51,320 bases of DNA from the NCBI GenBank assembly GCA_964614855.1, contig CAZTMX010000002.1:1-51320 (forward strand), read 5' to 3'. Of the stretch, positions 27,344 through 36,647 are shown piece after piece; the first letter of the stretch is position 1; every line of letters begins with the position of its first letter. Under the pieces are notes generated by a model. It was not told where the DNA came from, searched no databases, and worked only from the letters and a program-made list of their open reading frames with translations. The DNA comes from an uncultured Anaerolineaceae bacterium. Its GTDB lineage: Bacteria > Chloroflexota > Anaerolineae > Anaerolineales > UBA4823. The translations under genes and the position numbers were made by a program.

Positions 27344-27605
27344 GAGTTACGTTCTACGGTCCCATCTTTGTGTAGTTTCCTTAAATTAAACGATCGAAAG
27401 TATCAGCGCCTCTCCTATCATCGTGATTATCTTGCTTCCCCTTGCTGCCCATGATACACTCGTGTTAGCCCATCAGCCAGGATGCGCAGCATGTGGTTTA
27501 AATCGTAATTATACAGCATCTTAGGTTAAATCCGTGTAACCTGTGTTGCGTTATCCTACAGGTTCATGCAACTTCAATATAATACTTATGATTGGAAGGT
27601 GAATT

Positions 27606-30431
27606 ATGCCGCCCACTTTATATCTTATCGACGGTCATGCACTGGCTTACCGCACCTATTTTGCTTTGACAGCTGGGGGCAGTACGGGTTTTACCACCCG
27701 CAGCGGCGAGCCGACAGCAGGCGTCTACGGTTTTACCAGCGTTTTGCTGCGCCTGATGGAGCAAGAAAAACCGGATTACCTGGCTGTAGCTTTTGATGTC
27801 GGGAAGACGTTTCGGGATGAGATGTTTGCCGATTACAAAGGGACGCGGGCGAAAATGCCGGATGATCTGCGCACTCAGATGGAAAGGATCCGCCAACTGG
27901 TAGATGCCTTCAATATCCCGCGCCTGGAGATGGAAGGCTACGAAGCAGACGATGTGTTGGGCAGCGTTGCCAAAGCTGCGGTGCGCGCTGGCCTGGGTGT
28001 TAAGATCATCACCGGCGATCGGGATCTGCTGCAGCTTGTCACCCCGCGGATTATCGTCAGCCTGCCGGGGAAGAGCCTGTCGGATTCCAGGGACTTCTTG
28101 CCAAATGATGTGATGGAAAACTTGGGAGTGAGGCCGGACCAGGTTGTGGATTACAAAGCCCTGGTAGGAGACAAATCGGACAATATCCCGGGGGTGGCGG
28201 GGGTTGGCGAGAAGACAGCCGTGTCCCTGCTCAAGAGCTATGATACGCTGGACAACATTTACGAGCATCTGGATGAACTGGCTGCCGGGGTGCGCAAGAA
28301 ACTGGAATCCGGAAAGGATGCGGCATGGTTGAGCCGCTCGCTGGCGCAAATTGTTACCGACCTGGAAATCCCGCTGGATCTGGAACAGGCGCGCCCGCAC
28401 CAGTTTGCTCCTGATGTGATCGAAGGTCTCTTTCGTGAGCTCGAATTCCGCTCGCTGATGGCGCGCCTGGTGGCTTTGGAAGCAGCGTATGGAAAATCGC
28501 GCACACCGGCTGGTGGGCAGCTGTCTATGTTTGGTAACAGCCTGCCAGCTTCAAGCACGAAAGCCCAGCCTGCTATCCTGCCTCTACAAGAAAAAGCGGC
28601 GCAAGACAGCCGTTTTGTCCTGGTGGATACAGTGCAGAAACTGGGGGACCTGGCACAGCGCCTGGAAAAAGCAGCCGTGATTTCTTTCGACACCGAGACC
28701 ACCTCCACCGACCAGATGCAGGCGGATCTGGTGGGTATCTCCCTGGCAGTGGAGCCGGAGCTGGGCTATTACATCCCGCTGGGGCATACGCTTGAAACGG
28801 GAGCGCAGCTGGGGGTAAAACAAGTGATCGATGTCCTCAGGAAATCTTTGACCGATCCTGACATCCCGAAGGTGGGTCACAATGTGAAATATGATTATGT
28901 GATCCTGGCGCGCTATGGGTTAAAGGTCTCACCTTTGAGTTTTGATACCATGATCGCTGAATGGTTAACCAACCCGGCTTCGCGCAACCTGGGGTTAAAG
29001 AACCTGGCCTGGGTGCGCCAGAATATCCAGATGACGCATATCGAAGAATTGATCGGTAAGGGTAAAAAGCAAATCAGCATGGCGCAGGTGCCGGTGGAGC
29101 AGGCTGCGCCTTATGCGGCGGCTGATGCCGAAGTGGTGCTGCGTTTGATCCCTGAATTAAGGCAGGAGCTGCGAGAGAAGAACGCCCAAACCCTGCTGAC
29201 CGAGATGGAGATGCCGCTGGTGCCGGTGCTGGCAGAGATGGAAATGCAGGGTGTGGCCCTGGATAAGGTTTTTTTGGCAGAGATGTCGGCTGAGCTGAGC
29301 CAGCGGTTGTCTCAAATCGAAGAGCAGGTGTACTCGGCAGTAGGCACACCCATCAACCTGAATTCTCCGCAGCAGCTTTCAGAAGCTTTGTTTGTGCGCC
29401 TGAAGCTGGAGCCGCCGGACCGCACGCAAAAAACTGCCAGCGGGTTTTATTCAACTTCAGCCGATGTGCTGGAGGCGATGCGTGGGGCGCATCCGGTGGT
29501 TGACCTTGTGCTTGAATATCGCGAGCTTTCAAAGCTGCGCTCCACCTACCTGGAAGCGCTGCCGCAACAAGTGAACCCGGTTACCGGCAGGGTGCATACC
29601 TCCTACAGCCAGACTGGTGCTGTGACAGGCAGGCTGGCTTCCTCCGACCCCAACCTGCAGAATATCCCCATCCGCACCGAGCTAGGACGAAAAGTGCGCA
29701 ATGCCTTCGTGGCAGGGGAGGGCAACAGCCTGCTATCGGTGGATTATTCCCAAATCGAGCTGCGTATCGTGGCACACATGGCGCAAGACCGGGCGATGAT
29801 TGCGGCCTTCCGGGCGGGGCAGGACATCCACGCAGCCACTGCAGCAGCTGTTTACGGCGTGCCGATATCATCGGTAGATAAGAGCATGCGACGTAGAGCC
29901 AAAGGCATCAATTTCGGTTTGATTTACGGTATGAGCGCATTTGGCTTAACCCGCCAGACAGACCTGACCCTGGGGGAAGCAGAGGATTTTGTGCAGGCTT
30001 ACTTCAAACAATTTCCTGGGGTAAAACAGTACCTGGACGGTATCCGCACCCTGGCAGCCCAACAGGGGTATGTGGAGACGCTGCTGGGACGCAGGCGCTA
30101 CTTCCCGGGTTTGGCGGAGCAATCCAACCGCAACACCCGCATGCGTGAGGAGCGCGAGGCGATCAATGCCCCCATACAGGGGACTGCAGCAGATATTATG
30201 AAGATTGCCATGCTGCATGTGAGCCAGGCTTTGATAGATGCCGGGCTTGAGGCAAAGATCATCTTGCAGGTCCATGATGAGCTGGTGTTGGAATGCCCGG
30301 CGGATCAGGTGAAAAAAACCGCACAGGTGGTGCAGCAAACCATGGAAGCGGCATACACCCTGGATGTACCGCTGCTCACCGAAGCCCGTTACGGCCCGAA
30401 TTGGGGACAGTTAACCGTGCTGGAGAGTTAA
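27606..30431 (+). CDS. polA: DNA polymerase I (5'-3' exonuclease, 3'-5' exonuclease and polymerase domains)
   Basis: 941 aa. LYLIDGHALAYRTYFAL, SFDTETTS and the polymerase motifs RRRAKGINFGLIYG and QVHDELVLE are present. A GGAAGGTG RBS lies upstream. Confidence 0.95.
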   Translation: MPPTLYLIDGHALAYRTYFALTAGGSTGFTTRSGEPTAGVYGFTSVLLRLMEQEKPDYLAVAFDVGKTFRDEMFADYKGTRAKMPDDLRTQMERIRQLVDAFNIPRLEMEGYEADDVLGSVAKAAVRAGLGVKIITGDRDLLQLVTPRIIVSLPGKSLSDSRDFLPNDVMENLGVRPDQVVDYKALVGDKSDNIPGVAGVGEKTAVSLLKSYDTLDNIYEHLDELAAGVRKKLESGKDAAWLSRSLAQIVTDLEIPLDLEQARPHQFAPDVIEGLFRELEFRSLMARLVALEAAYGKSRTPAGGQLSMFGNSLPASSTKAQPAILPLQEKAAQDSRFVLVDTVQKLGDLAQRLEKAAVISFDTETTSTDQMQADLVGISLAVEPELGYYIPLGHTLETGAQLGVKQVIDVLRKSLTDPDIPKVGHNVKYDYVILARYGLKVSPLSFDTMIAEWLTNPASRNLGLKNLAWVRQNIQMTHIEELIGKGKKQISMAQVPVEQAAPYAAADAEVVLRLIPELRQELREKNAQTLLTEMEMPLVPVLAEMEMQGVALDKVFLAEMSAELSQRLSQIEEQVYSAVGTPINLNSPQQLSEALFVRLKLEPPDRTQKTASGFYSTSADVLEAMRGAHPVVDLVLEYRELSKLRSTYLEALPQQVNPVTGRVHTSYSQTGAVTGRLASSDPNLQNIPIRTELGRKVRNAFVAGEGNSLLSVDYSQIELRIVAHMAQDRAMIAAFRAGQDIHAATAAAVYGVPISSVDKSMRRRAKGINFGLIYGMSAFGLTRQTDLTLGEAEDFVQAYFKQFPGVKQYLDGIRTLAAQQGYVETLLGRRRYFPGLAEQSNRNTRMREEREAINAPIQGTAADIMKIAMLHVSQALIDAGLEAKIILQVHDELVLECPADQVKKTAQVVQQTMEAAYTLDVPLLTEARYGPNWGQLTVLES

Positions 30432-30438
30432 ATCGCAG

Positions 30439-31407
30439 CTACCACCACAGGTGGAAAGAGGTGTTGGTCTCCGCGTGAAGCCCTTCGTGGGATACTTCTA
30501 CCTTGATTTGAAACAGGCCCACCTGGGCTGAGCTAAATGGGAAAGAAAACTGGGTAAAACCATCCTGGTTTGTCAGCCTGGTGACAATATAGCGCGCCTG
30601 CTCGCCATCCGGCATTTGCACAATCACCACTGTCTGGGCCCCGGCAACAGGCAGCCCGCGTTGGTCGCTGACATGGATGTAGATGGTTTGGCGCCCTTCT
30701 CGCTGTGTGACCCCCTGGTGCGGCGATGCCTGGGCCGAAAGTTCAGTAACGCCTGCCTTTACGCTTTCACCTTCCCCGGTTTGTGGCTCAAGCCGTGCAG
30801 GGTCTTCCTTGTTCGCGTAAAAGTACTCAACCCCCAGGTCTGCCACTTCAATCGATCCATTGGGGGGAAGGGCTGGGTTCCAGATCAGCCTGGCGTGGGT
30901 AAAGTATTGGACAAAATATTTATCCAGGGTGACGGCTTCGGATACCGGCGGTCCAAAGGTGTTTCCAGCGCCGTTTGCCAGGTAATAAGTTAAAAAAGCA
31001 TTGCAGACACGCAGGTTTGTTTCTAAAGATATGCGGCAGTTGGCAGAGTTGTTGATGTAGGCAGCCGGTGCCGCTTTTGTGCGGTCGGTTTCGTAAAGGA
31101 TTTCCCCCAGCGGAGTAAGGTGGATGGTGTTGCCATCCTTGGCGTAAGGATCATACTCAAAGCGCGCTTTCTCAAAGTACTGCACCAATCCGTGTGTGTC
31201 CAGATCTGTAAAGGCATCGGTGATGGGCTCGCCGTAGATTTCCTGCGGGTTTGGGATGCGCAAATAAAACTCCAGGAAAGGGCCGCGGATGGCATGACCG
31301 GTGGCTTTTGAATAAATGGCGTTAGGCGATTTTGCCACGGCCTTCTCGGCACCCAGAGCACCTGCCAGGGTAAGCAGAATGAGCAGTGAAAACAGGCGGG
31401 TTTTCAT
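30439..31407 (-). CDS. secreted hypothetical protein with two copies of an internal module and a C-terminal Ig-like domain
   Basis: It has a signal peptide (MKTRLFSLLILLTLAGALGA). The repeated pattern is F..FY......G.P.....T....VQYF..AR....P. The ATG at 31407 is preferred over the TTG at 31425. Confidence 0.6.
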   Translation of the reverse strand: MKTRLFSLLILLTLAGALGAEKAVAKSPNAIYSKATGHAIRGPFLEFYLRIPNPQEIYGEPITDAFTDLDTHGLVQYFEKARFEYDPYAKDGNTIHLTPLGEILYETDRTKAAPAAYINNSANCRISLETNLRVCNAFLTYYLANGAGNTFGPPVSEAVTLDKYFVQYFTHARLIWNPALPPNGSIEVADLGVEYFYANKEDPARLEPQTGEGESVKAGVTELSAQASPHQGVTQREGRQTIYIHVSDQRGLPVAGAQTVVIVQMPDGEQARYIVTRLTNQDGFTQFSFPFSSAQVGLFQIKVEVSHEGLHAETNTSFHLWW

Positions 31408-31477
31408 ATGGAGTATTATATCCAAGCTAGGCCGGTTTTCATAGAAGCAAGCTGTAAACCTGTTGTCTTCAAATGGA

Positions 31478-32554
31478 TTATGTTTTCCGTTTCAATATAT
31501 TCCCAAGGATGATGAGAAAAGTGCCCACTGAGACAAACCCGGCGATAATAATGAGAACCGGGTCGTAATGCCTGGCTGGCGTGGATTTTTGCGCGGCTGC
31601 ACGTTCAAGGTCAATTTCAGCCTCTGCCGTGAGGGAGGCTGGATCTGGCGCGGCTGGGGTAGCCGTAAGCACAGGCGGGTTGGTTGCCGTGGGGGTTTCT
31701 GGCGCTTTTGTCTCGCTGGGGATAGGGCTGGGTGTGACACTTGCCGGCCGGATGAGGATTTGTTCGCCCGGGAAGATCAAGGTGGTGTCGGTAAAATTGT
31801 TGAGTTCCATGATCTCTGGCAAAGCGACATCATACAGGGCAGAGATCACCCACAGCGTCTGGCCGCTGGCTACAGTGTGCGTCACAGAACCGTCGGCAGC
31901 TGCTGTGGCGGTGATCAACGGCTGGTAAGGGATGGCTGTGGGGCCTGTGGAACCGCTTGAACTAGAGGTTGTCCCAGTGGTTGTTGAGCCGGTTCCCGCA
32001 GCTCCGGCGACATAGCCCACGTCGAGAGTGAAGTACACGCTGTCACCGGAGGTAGCCACCCCTGCGCCGACATCGGTGTAACTTCCCCCCAGCATGGTGT
32101 TTAGATGCAGGCTGTCGCCCTGCCACATTTGCACAGCCACCTGGTAAGTCATGCTGGTGCCGCCGGCAATGTTTTCGCTGACATACACGGTTGCACCGCC
32201 GCCGTAACCCGCAGCAATTGCCCTGCTTTTAGCTGTCGAACCACCTGATCCGGTGTGGGTGATGGTGCCGATGGAAGCCTGGTATTCGGAATGGGCCTGG
32301 GCAGCCGCCATCAATGCGCCGTTTATTTCATACGCAGGCAACCCGTTCGCCTGGCGCAGCTGATTAACAGCCGCGATCAGGTCATAGGCGCTGCCTGCCT
32401 TTGCCTGGCTGGGTGTGGTGCCCGCGCGCAATGACACCAGCATCACGATTATCAATATATATACCAGTCGAGGTGTGCGTGGGAACAGCAGGGGCTTTTT
32501 ACCTGGATAAAAGACGGCAGGAAGCTGGAAGGACCGCTTCATGGTTTGTATCAT
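31478..32554 (-). CDS. membrane-anchored CAP/SCP (YkwD-like) plus LysM domain protein
   Basis: The CAP block is AVNQLRQANGLPAYEINGALMAAAQAHSEY...THTG. The LysM block is HTVASGQTLWVISALYDVALPEIMELNNFTDTTLIFPGEQILIRP. A C-terminal TM helix is present. The start is uncertain (32554 or 32542); the longest ORF would overlap polX. Confidence 0.75.
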   Translation of the reverse strand: MIQTMKRSFQLPAVFYPGKKPLLFPRTPRLVYILIIVMLVSLRAGTTPSQAKAGSAYDLIAAVNQLRQANGLPAYEINGALMAAAQAHSEYQASIGTITHTGSGGSTAKSRAIAAGYGGGATVYVSENIAGGTSMTYQVAVQMWQGDSLHLNTMLGGSYTDVGAGVATSGDSVYFTLDVGYVAGAAGTGSTTTGTTSSSSGSTGPTAIPYQPLITATAAADGSVTHTVASGQTLWVISALYDVALPEIMELNNFTDTTLIFPGEQILIRPASVTPSPIPSETKAPETPTATNPPVLTATPAAPDPASLTAEAEIDLERAAAQKSTPARHYDPVLIIIAGFVSVGTFLIILGNILKRKT

Positions 32555-32564
32555 AACACAGGTT

Positions 32565-34319
32565 TTAGGCGCGCGCTGCCAACCAGGAAAGCAGGGCATC
32601 CGTCTGCCAGGTGTTGATCACCGTTGGCGCTTCTACCCAGCCGCGGCGGGCTGTAGCGATGCCAAACTGCAGCATGGCCATATCGCTGGCGGTGTGTGCA
32701 TCCGTGTTGACGCTCAGTAAAATCCCCATCTCAGCAGCACGGCGCGCGTAAATGTCATCCAGGTCCAGGCGCGCAGGGTGCGCGTTGATTTCAAGCGCCA
32801 CCCCGCTTTCCCTGGCTGCAGTGAAGACCGCGTCCATATCCAGGTCGGCTCCCTCGCGGTCTGGGATCATCCGTCCGGTTGGGTGCCCGATGATATCCAC
32901 ATGCGGGTTGCGAATGGCGTTCAGTAACCGTCCGGTGACCTTTTGTCGCGGTTGGCGCAGGCTGGTATGCAGCGAAGCGATCACCAGGTCCAGTTTATGT
33001 AGGACTTCGTCTGAGAAATCCAACGCACCGTCGGCGCGAATTTCCACCTCACAGCCCTGCAGCAAGCGGATCGAATCCCCCAGTTCTTCCTGAACCTGGT
33101 CGATCTCCCGGCGCTGTACATCTAAATCCTCCGCCGAGAGGCCTCCGGCGATGCCCAAGCTGCCTGAGTGATCGGTAATAGCCAGTACTTTCAGACCACG
33201 CTGCATGGCTGCCTCCGCCAACTGGCGGATGGTGAGCTTTCCGTCACTCCAGGTAGTGTGTGCGTGCAGCTCAGCCCGGATATCGCCAGCAGTGATCAGG
33301 CGCGGCAGCCTGCCTTCACGGGCAGCCTGCACTTCGCCGCGGTCTTCACGCAGCTCGGGTGGGATCCGGGGTAAACCCAGGGTGGTGTAGACTTCATCTT
33401 CTGTGGCGCACAGGATTTCTGAGCCGTCGCTTTTCAGGAACGATTGGTCAGAAAGCGAAAGCCCTTGCTTAAGCGCCAGCTCGCGCAGCCGGACATTGTG
33501 ATCTTTTGACCCGGTGGCATATTGCAAGGCAGAGCCGAAACGTTCCGGCGGGTGTACCCATAATTGAGCGCGCAAGTTGTGGCTGAATTCAACGCTGGCT
33601 TTTGTTTCTCCCTGGCTGAGCACATGGATGACATCCGGGTGGCTGGTAAATGCCTGCATAACCGGACCCGATTCTGCAGCCGCGGCCAGTAAATCCAGGT
33701 CGCCCACGGTGGCGCGCATGCGCCTTAAGCTGCCGGCGATTTCCACGGTTTTCACCCCGGGTACTGACCGGAGGTACGCTAGCAGTTCCTGCGCCAGGAC
33801 CCAGGCTTTTCCCAGCGGGATGCGGTCAGTCCTGCGCGCAACTGCCTGGATGCCTGCCAGCACCCTGGCTTCCGATTTTTCACCCATCCCCGGTAAAGAC
33901 CGCAGGCTACCGGCTTCAGCCGCAGCTTTTAACTCGCTGATGTTGGTGATACCGGCTTGTTTCCAGAACATGGCGGCTTTTTTGGGACCCACATCCGGGA
34001 TTTGCAGCACTTCAATCAGACCTGGTGGGACTTCCTGTTCCAGCCGTTCAAGAAATTCCAGCCGCCCAGTCGAGAGCATCTCATCAATTTTTTCAGCGAT
34101 GGCCTTGCCCACACCGGGGATCTCTGTCAGCTTGTCTTCGCGCCAGATATCTTCAACATCGCGCCCCAGGTTTTCCAGGTTGTCAACAGCTTTCCGGTAA
34201 GCCAGGATTTTGTAAATCACATCGCCTTTGATCTCAAGCAAGTCGGCAATGCGGTTGAAATTGTCGATCACCTGGCGGGTGGTTAGTTTGGGGTTCGTTT
34301 TATCCATGTGTTTCAGCAC
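32565..34319 (-). CDS. polX: family X DNA polymerase with a C-terminal PHP phosphoesterase domain
   Basis: 584 aa with helix-hairpin-helix modules (IPGVGKAIAEKI, LPGMGEKSE), a Pol-beta-like nucleotidyltransferase core (GSLRRMRATVGDLDLL) and a PHP domain (LHAHTTWSDG...ITDHS). Confidence 0.9.
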   Translation of the reverse strand: MLKHMDKTNPKLTTRQVIDNFNRIADLLEIKGDVIYKILAYRKAVDNLENLGRDVEDIWREDKLTEIPGVGKAIAEKIDEMLSTGRLEFLERLEQEVPPGLIEVLQIPDVGPKKAAMFWKQAGITNISELKAAAEAGSLRSLPGMGEKSEARVLAGIQAVARRTDRIPLGKAWVLAQELLAYLRSVPGVKTVEIAGSLRRMRATVGDLDLLAAAAESGPVMQAFTSHPDVIHVLSQGETKASVEFSHNLRAQLWVHPPERFGSALQYATGSKDHNVRLRELALKQGLSLSDQSFLKSDGSEILCATEDEVYTTLGLPRIPPELREDRGEVQAAREGRLPRLITAGDIRAELHAHTTWSDGKLTIRQLAEAAMQRGLKVLAITDHSGSLGIAGGLSAEDLDVQRREIDQVQEELGDSIRLLQGCEVEIRADGALDFSDEVLHKLDLVIASLHTSLRQPRQKVTGRLLNAIRNPHVDIIGHPTGRMIPDREGADLDMDAVFTAARESGVALEINAHPARLDLDDIYARRAAEMGILLSVNTDAHTASDMAMLQFGIATARRGWVEAPTVINTWQTDALLSWLAARA

Positions 34320-34361
34320 TCGCTGTAATCATCCAATACCGGTTAGATGGATCCAATCATA

Positions 34362-35306
34362 TCACGATCTGGCAATGGCTAAAGCTGCCCAATCGCCAAT
34401 CAGCCTCTGCTCCACCAGCCTGAAGCCGTGTTTTTCAAAGGCGGCCCGAACTTGATCCACTTGCTCAGCAAGGATACCCGAAAGGATCATCACGCCGCCC
34501 GGGGCAAGGATTTCTCCCAGTCCTTCATCAAAAAGGCGGATGATCACCGGCGCCAGGATATTTGCCAAAACCAGTTTCCCTGTGCTCAGCGAAAATTTTC
34601 CGGCCAGAGTTTCTTCCAGGGAGCCCAGCTCTATTTCAAATCCTTCGTAAACCTGGTTGGCAGCAGCATTCTCGCGCGAGGCGCGAATGGCATCGGCATC
34701 GATATCCACACCCAGGGCGTGTCTGGCGCCGAGCTTTAAGGCTGCAATCGCCAGGATGCCTGAGCCGCAGCCCATATCGATCACATCAGGCGCAGAGTCC
34801 GGCGCACTGGATAACTCGCCGGCGAAATAGGCTTCGATCAGCTCCAGGCAGAGCTGCGTGGTGGGGTGGGTGCCTGTACCGAATGCCATGCCGGGATCAA
34901 TGCGAATGGGGATGCGCCCATCGTCGGGTATATCCAGCCAGGCCGGGATGATAATGATTTTTTTGCCGATGGCGATGGGGTGATAGTGCTGCTTCCAGGC
35001 TTCAGCCCAATTTGCCAGTTGGACCGGGCGGAACCGAGGCGTTGGCAGGGGTCTGATCCGGCCCAGATACCACAAAGCTTCTTCAATCTGGTTGCGTACA
35101 GTCTCGTATCCTTCGCTGGTGGGCAGAAATCCGTATACGCGCAGCGGGCCGATGGCGTGGCCTTCGGAATCGTCTGGACCGGCGGTGACGGCAGTGCTTT
35201 CGATTACTACCCCGTCGGGTATAAAGCGAGCCAGAACTTCGGCTACCGGCTCGGCCAGTTCGCCGTCAACGGTAAGGGATATTTCTAACCAGGGTGCTTC
35301 GCTCAT
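34362..35306 (-). CDS. prmA: ribosomal protein L11 methyltransferase
   Basis: 314 aa with IDPGMAFGTGTHPTTQLCLE and the SAM motif VIDMGCGSGILA. An AGGAG RBS lies 7 nt upstream. Confidence 0.9.
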   Translation of the reverse strand: MSEAPWLEISLTVDGELAEPVAEVLARFIPDGVVIESTAVTAGPDDSEGHAIGPLRVYGFLPTSEGYETVRNQIEEALWYLGRIRPLPTPRFRPVQLANWAEAWKQHYHPIAIGKKIIIIPAWLDIPDDGRIPIRIDPGMAFGTGTHPTTQLCLELIEAYFAGELSSAPDSAPDVIDMGCGSGILAIAALKLGARHALGVDIDADAIRASRENAAANQVYEGFEIELGSLEETLAGKFSLSTGKLVLANILAPVIIRLFDEGLGEILAPGGVMILSGILAEQVDQVRAAFEKHGFRLVEQRLIGDWAALAIARS

Positions 35307-35318
35307 GTGTACTCTCCT

Positions 35319-35368
35319 AAAAAATGGAAAAGACGAAAGGCATGTTGTGCAGGGGATTGCCTTTCGTC
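35319..35368 (-). terminator. terminator/attenuator hairpin between dnaJ and prmA
   Basis: A perfect 11-bp stem (plus-strand GACGAAAGGCA at 35332-35342 and TGCCTTTCGTC at 35358-35368). On the minus strand it is followed by UUUUCCAUUUUUU, and then directly by the prmA RBS AGGAG. Confidence 0.6.
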
Positions 35369-35395
35369 AATGTGCCGTTCATTCTTTTTATATTT

Positions 35396-36526
35396 CTAAT
35401 TCCCGAATGTCTCTTTTATCCAATCCAGGAACCCGCGTTCTTGTGCCCGCACTTCACTGCCCAGGCTTTTTGCCAGTTTTTCAAACAGCTCCTTTTGCTC
35501 GCTGTTGAGACGGGTGGGCACTTCAACATTGATCAATACCAGCTGGTCGCCGCGCCCATTGCTGCGCAGCCTGGGGACGCCTTTTCCTTTCAGGTGCAAT
35601 ACCTTTCCGGGTTGGGTGCCGCTGGGTATGTGGAGGGTTTCGTTTTTGCCATCCACCGTGGGAATTTCCACATCTGCTCCCAGGGTTGCCTGGGCGATGT
35701 TGATATTCAGGTTTAGCAGGATGTCATTTTCCTGGCGGCGGAAGTATTTATGCGGTTTTACCTGGATGGTGATGTACAGGTTGCCGTTTGGACCGCCGTT
35801 GGTGCCTGGCTGGCCCTCACCTGCCAGACGGATCTGGATGCCTGTATCCACACCAGCCGGAATACTGACCACCTTTTGCCGGGTCTGCCGCTCTACGCCG
35901 CGTCCCTGGCAGGTACGGCAGGGTGTACTGATGGTTTCGCCCTGGCCTTTACAGGTCGGGCAGGTTGCTACCTGCACCATGGAACCCAGGATGGTCTGGC
36001 GAACCTGGCGCACCTCACCTGTGCCGTTACATGTGGTGCAGCGCGTGGCAGATGTCCCCGGTTCGGCGCCGCTGCCGCTGCATGTGCTGCAAACCTCATC
36101 GCGGGTGATAGAAATTTCTTTCTCCACCCCAAAAACAGCTTCTTCAAAGGTTAAATCCAGGTGGTATTGTAAATCGGCGCCTCGCCGTGGGGCGTTGCGC
36201 GAGCGGGTGGATGAGCGCCCAAAACCGCCAAAACCGAATAAATCGCCAAAGATATCCGCAAAGTCTGAGAAGTCGACGGTGAAATCGGGTGAACCGTTGG
36301 GACCTTGCACACCGGCATGACCATAGCGGTCGTATGCGGCGCGCTTTTGCTCATCCGAAAGCACTGCGTAAGCTTCGTTCAATTCTTTGAATTTCTCTTC
36401 AGCATCCGCTTCTTTATTGATATCGGGGTGATACTGGCGCGCTAGCTTGCGGAAGGCTGATTTTAGATCTTCCGCTGTGGCGTTTTTGGGTACGCCCAGG
36501 ATTTCGTAATAATCGCGTTTTGTCAT
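35396..36526 (-). CDS. dnaJ: type I Hsp40 co-chaperone DnaJ
   Basis: [13 protein letters not shown]-domain with HPD, a G/F region and four CxxCxGxG zinc motifs. The ATG at 36526 is preferred over the TTG at 36538. Confidence 0.95.
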   Translation of the reverse strand: MTKRDYYEILGVPKNATAEDLKSAFRKLARQYHPDINKEADAEEKFKELNEAYAVLSDEQKRAAYDRYGHAGVQGPNGSPDFTVDFSDFADIFGDLFGFGGFGRSSTRSRNAPRRGADLQYHLDLTFEEAVFGVEKEISITRDEVCSTCSGSGAEPGTSATRCTTCNGTGEVRQVRQTILGSMVQVATCPTCKGQGETISTPCRTCQGRGVERQTRQKVVSIPAGVDTGIQIRLAGEGQPGTNGGPNGNLYITIQVKPHKYFRRQENDILLNLNINIAQATLGADVEIPTVDGKNETLHIPSGTQPGKVLHLKGKGVPRLRSNGRGDQLVLINVEVPTRLNSEQKELFEKLAKSLGSEVRAQERGFLDWIKETFGN

Positions 36527-36546
36527 GAATGGCGCCAACTACTCAA

Positions 36547-36626
36547 GGGCTGTCCAGCCAATTGTACCTCCGGTATGGGGATACAAGCCGGTTCAACATT
36601 CTTCTGTCCAGATGGCTGGACAGCCC
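36547..36626 (-). repeat. intercistronic inverted-repeat set between dnaK and dnaJ with alternative stem-loops
   Basis: Plus-strand GGGCTGTCCAGCC (36547-36559) is the exact reverse complement of GGCTGGACAGCCC (36614-36626). A third copy, CTGTCCAG (36604-36611), can form a local 8-bp hairpin with 36616-36623 (4-nt loop). Confidence 0.6.
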
Positions 36627-36647
36627 ATTATATTACGATTAGCCAGT

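Noticed and set aside
27344-27605. 262-nt divergent spacer upstream of polA, with a 7-bp hairpin (AACCTGT...ACAGGTT, about 27538-27564) and a loose GGTT(T)AAATC duplication
   Set aside because: The structures are short and imperfect and are not followed by a T-run. I could not identify a convincing promoter or known RNA motif, so this is too weak to report as a feature.
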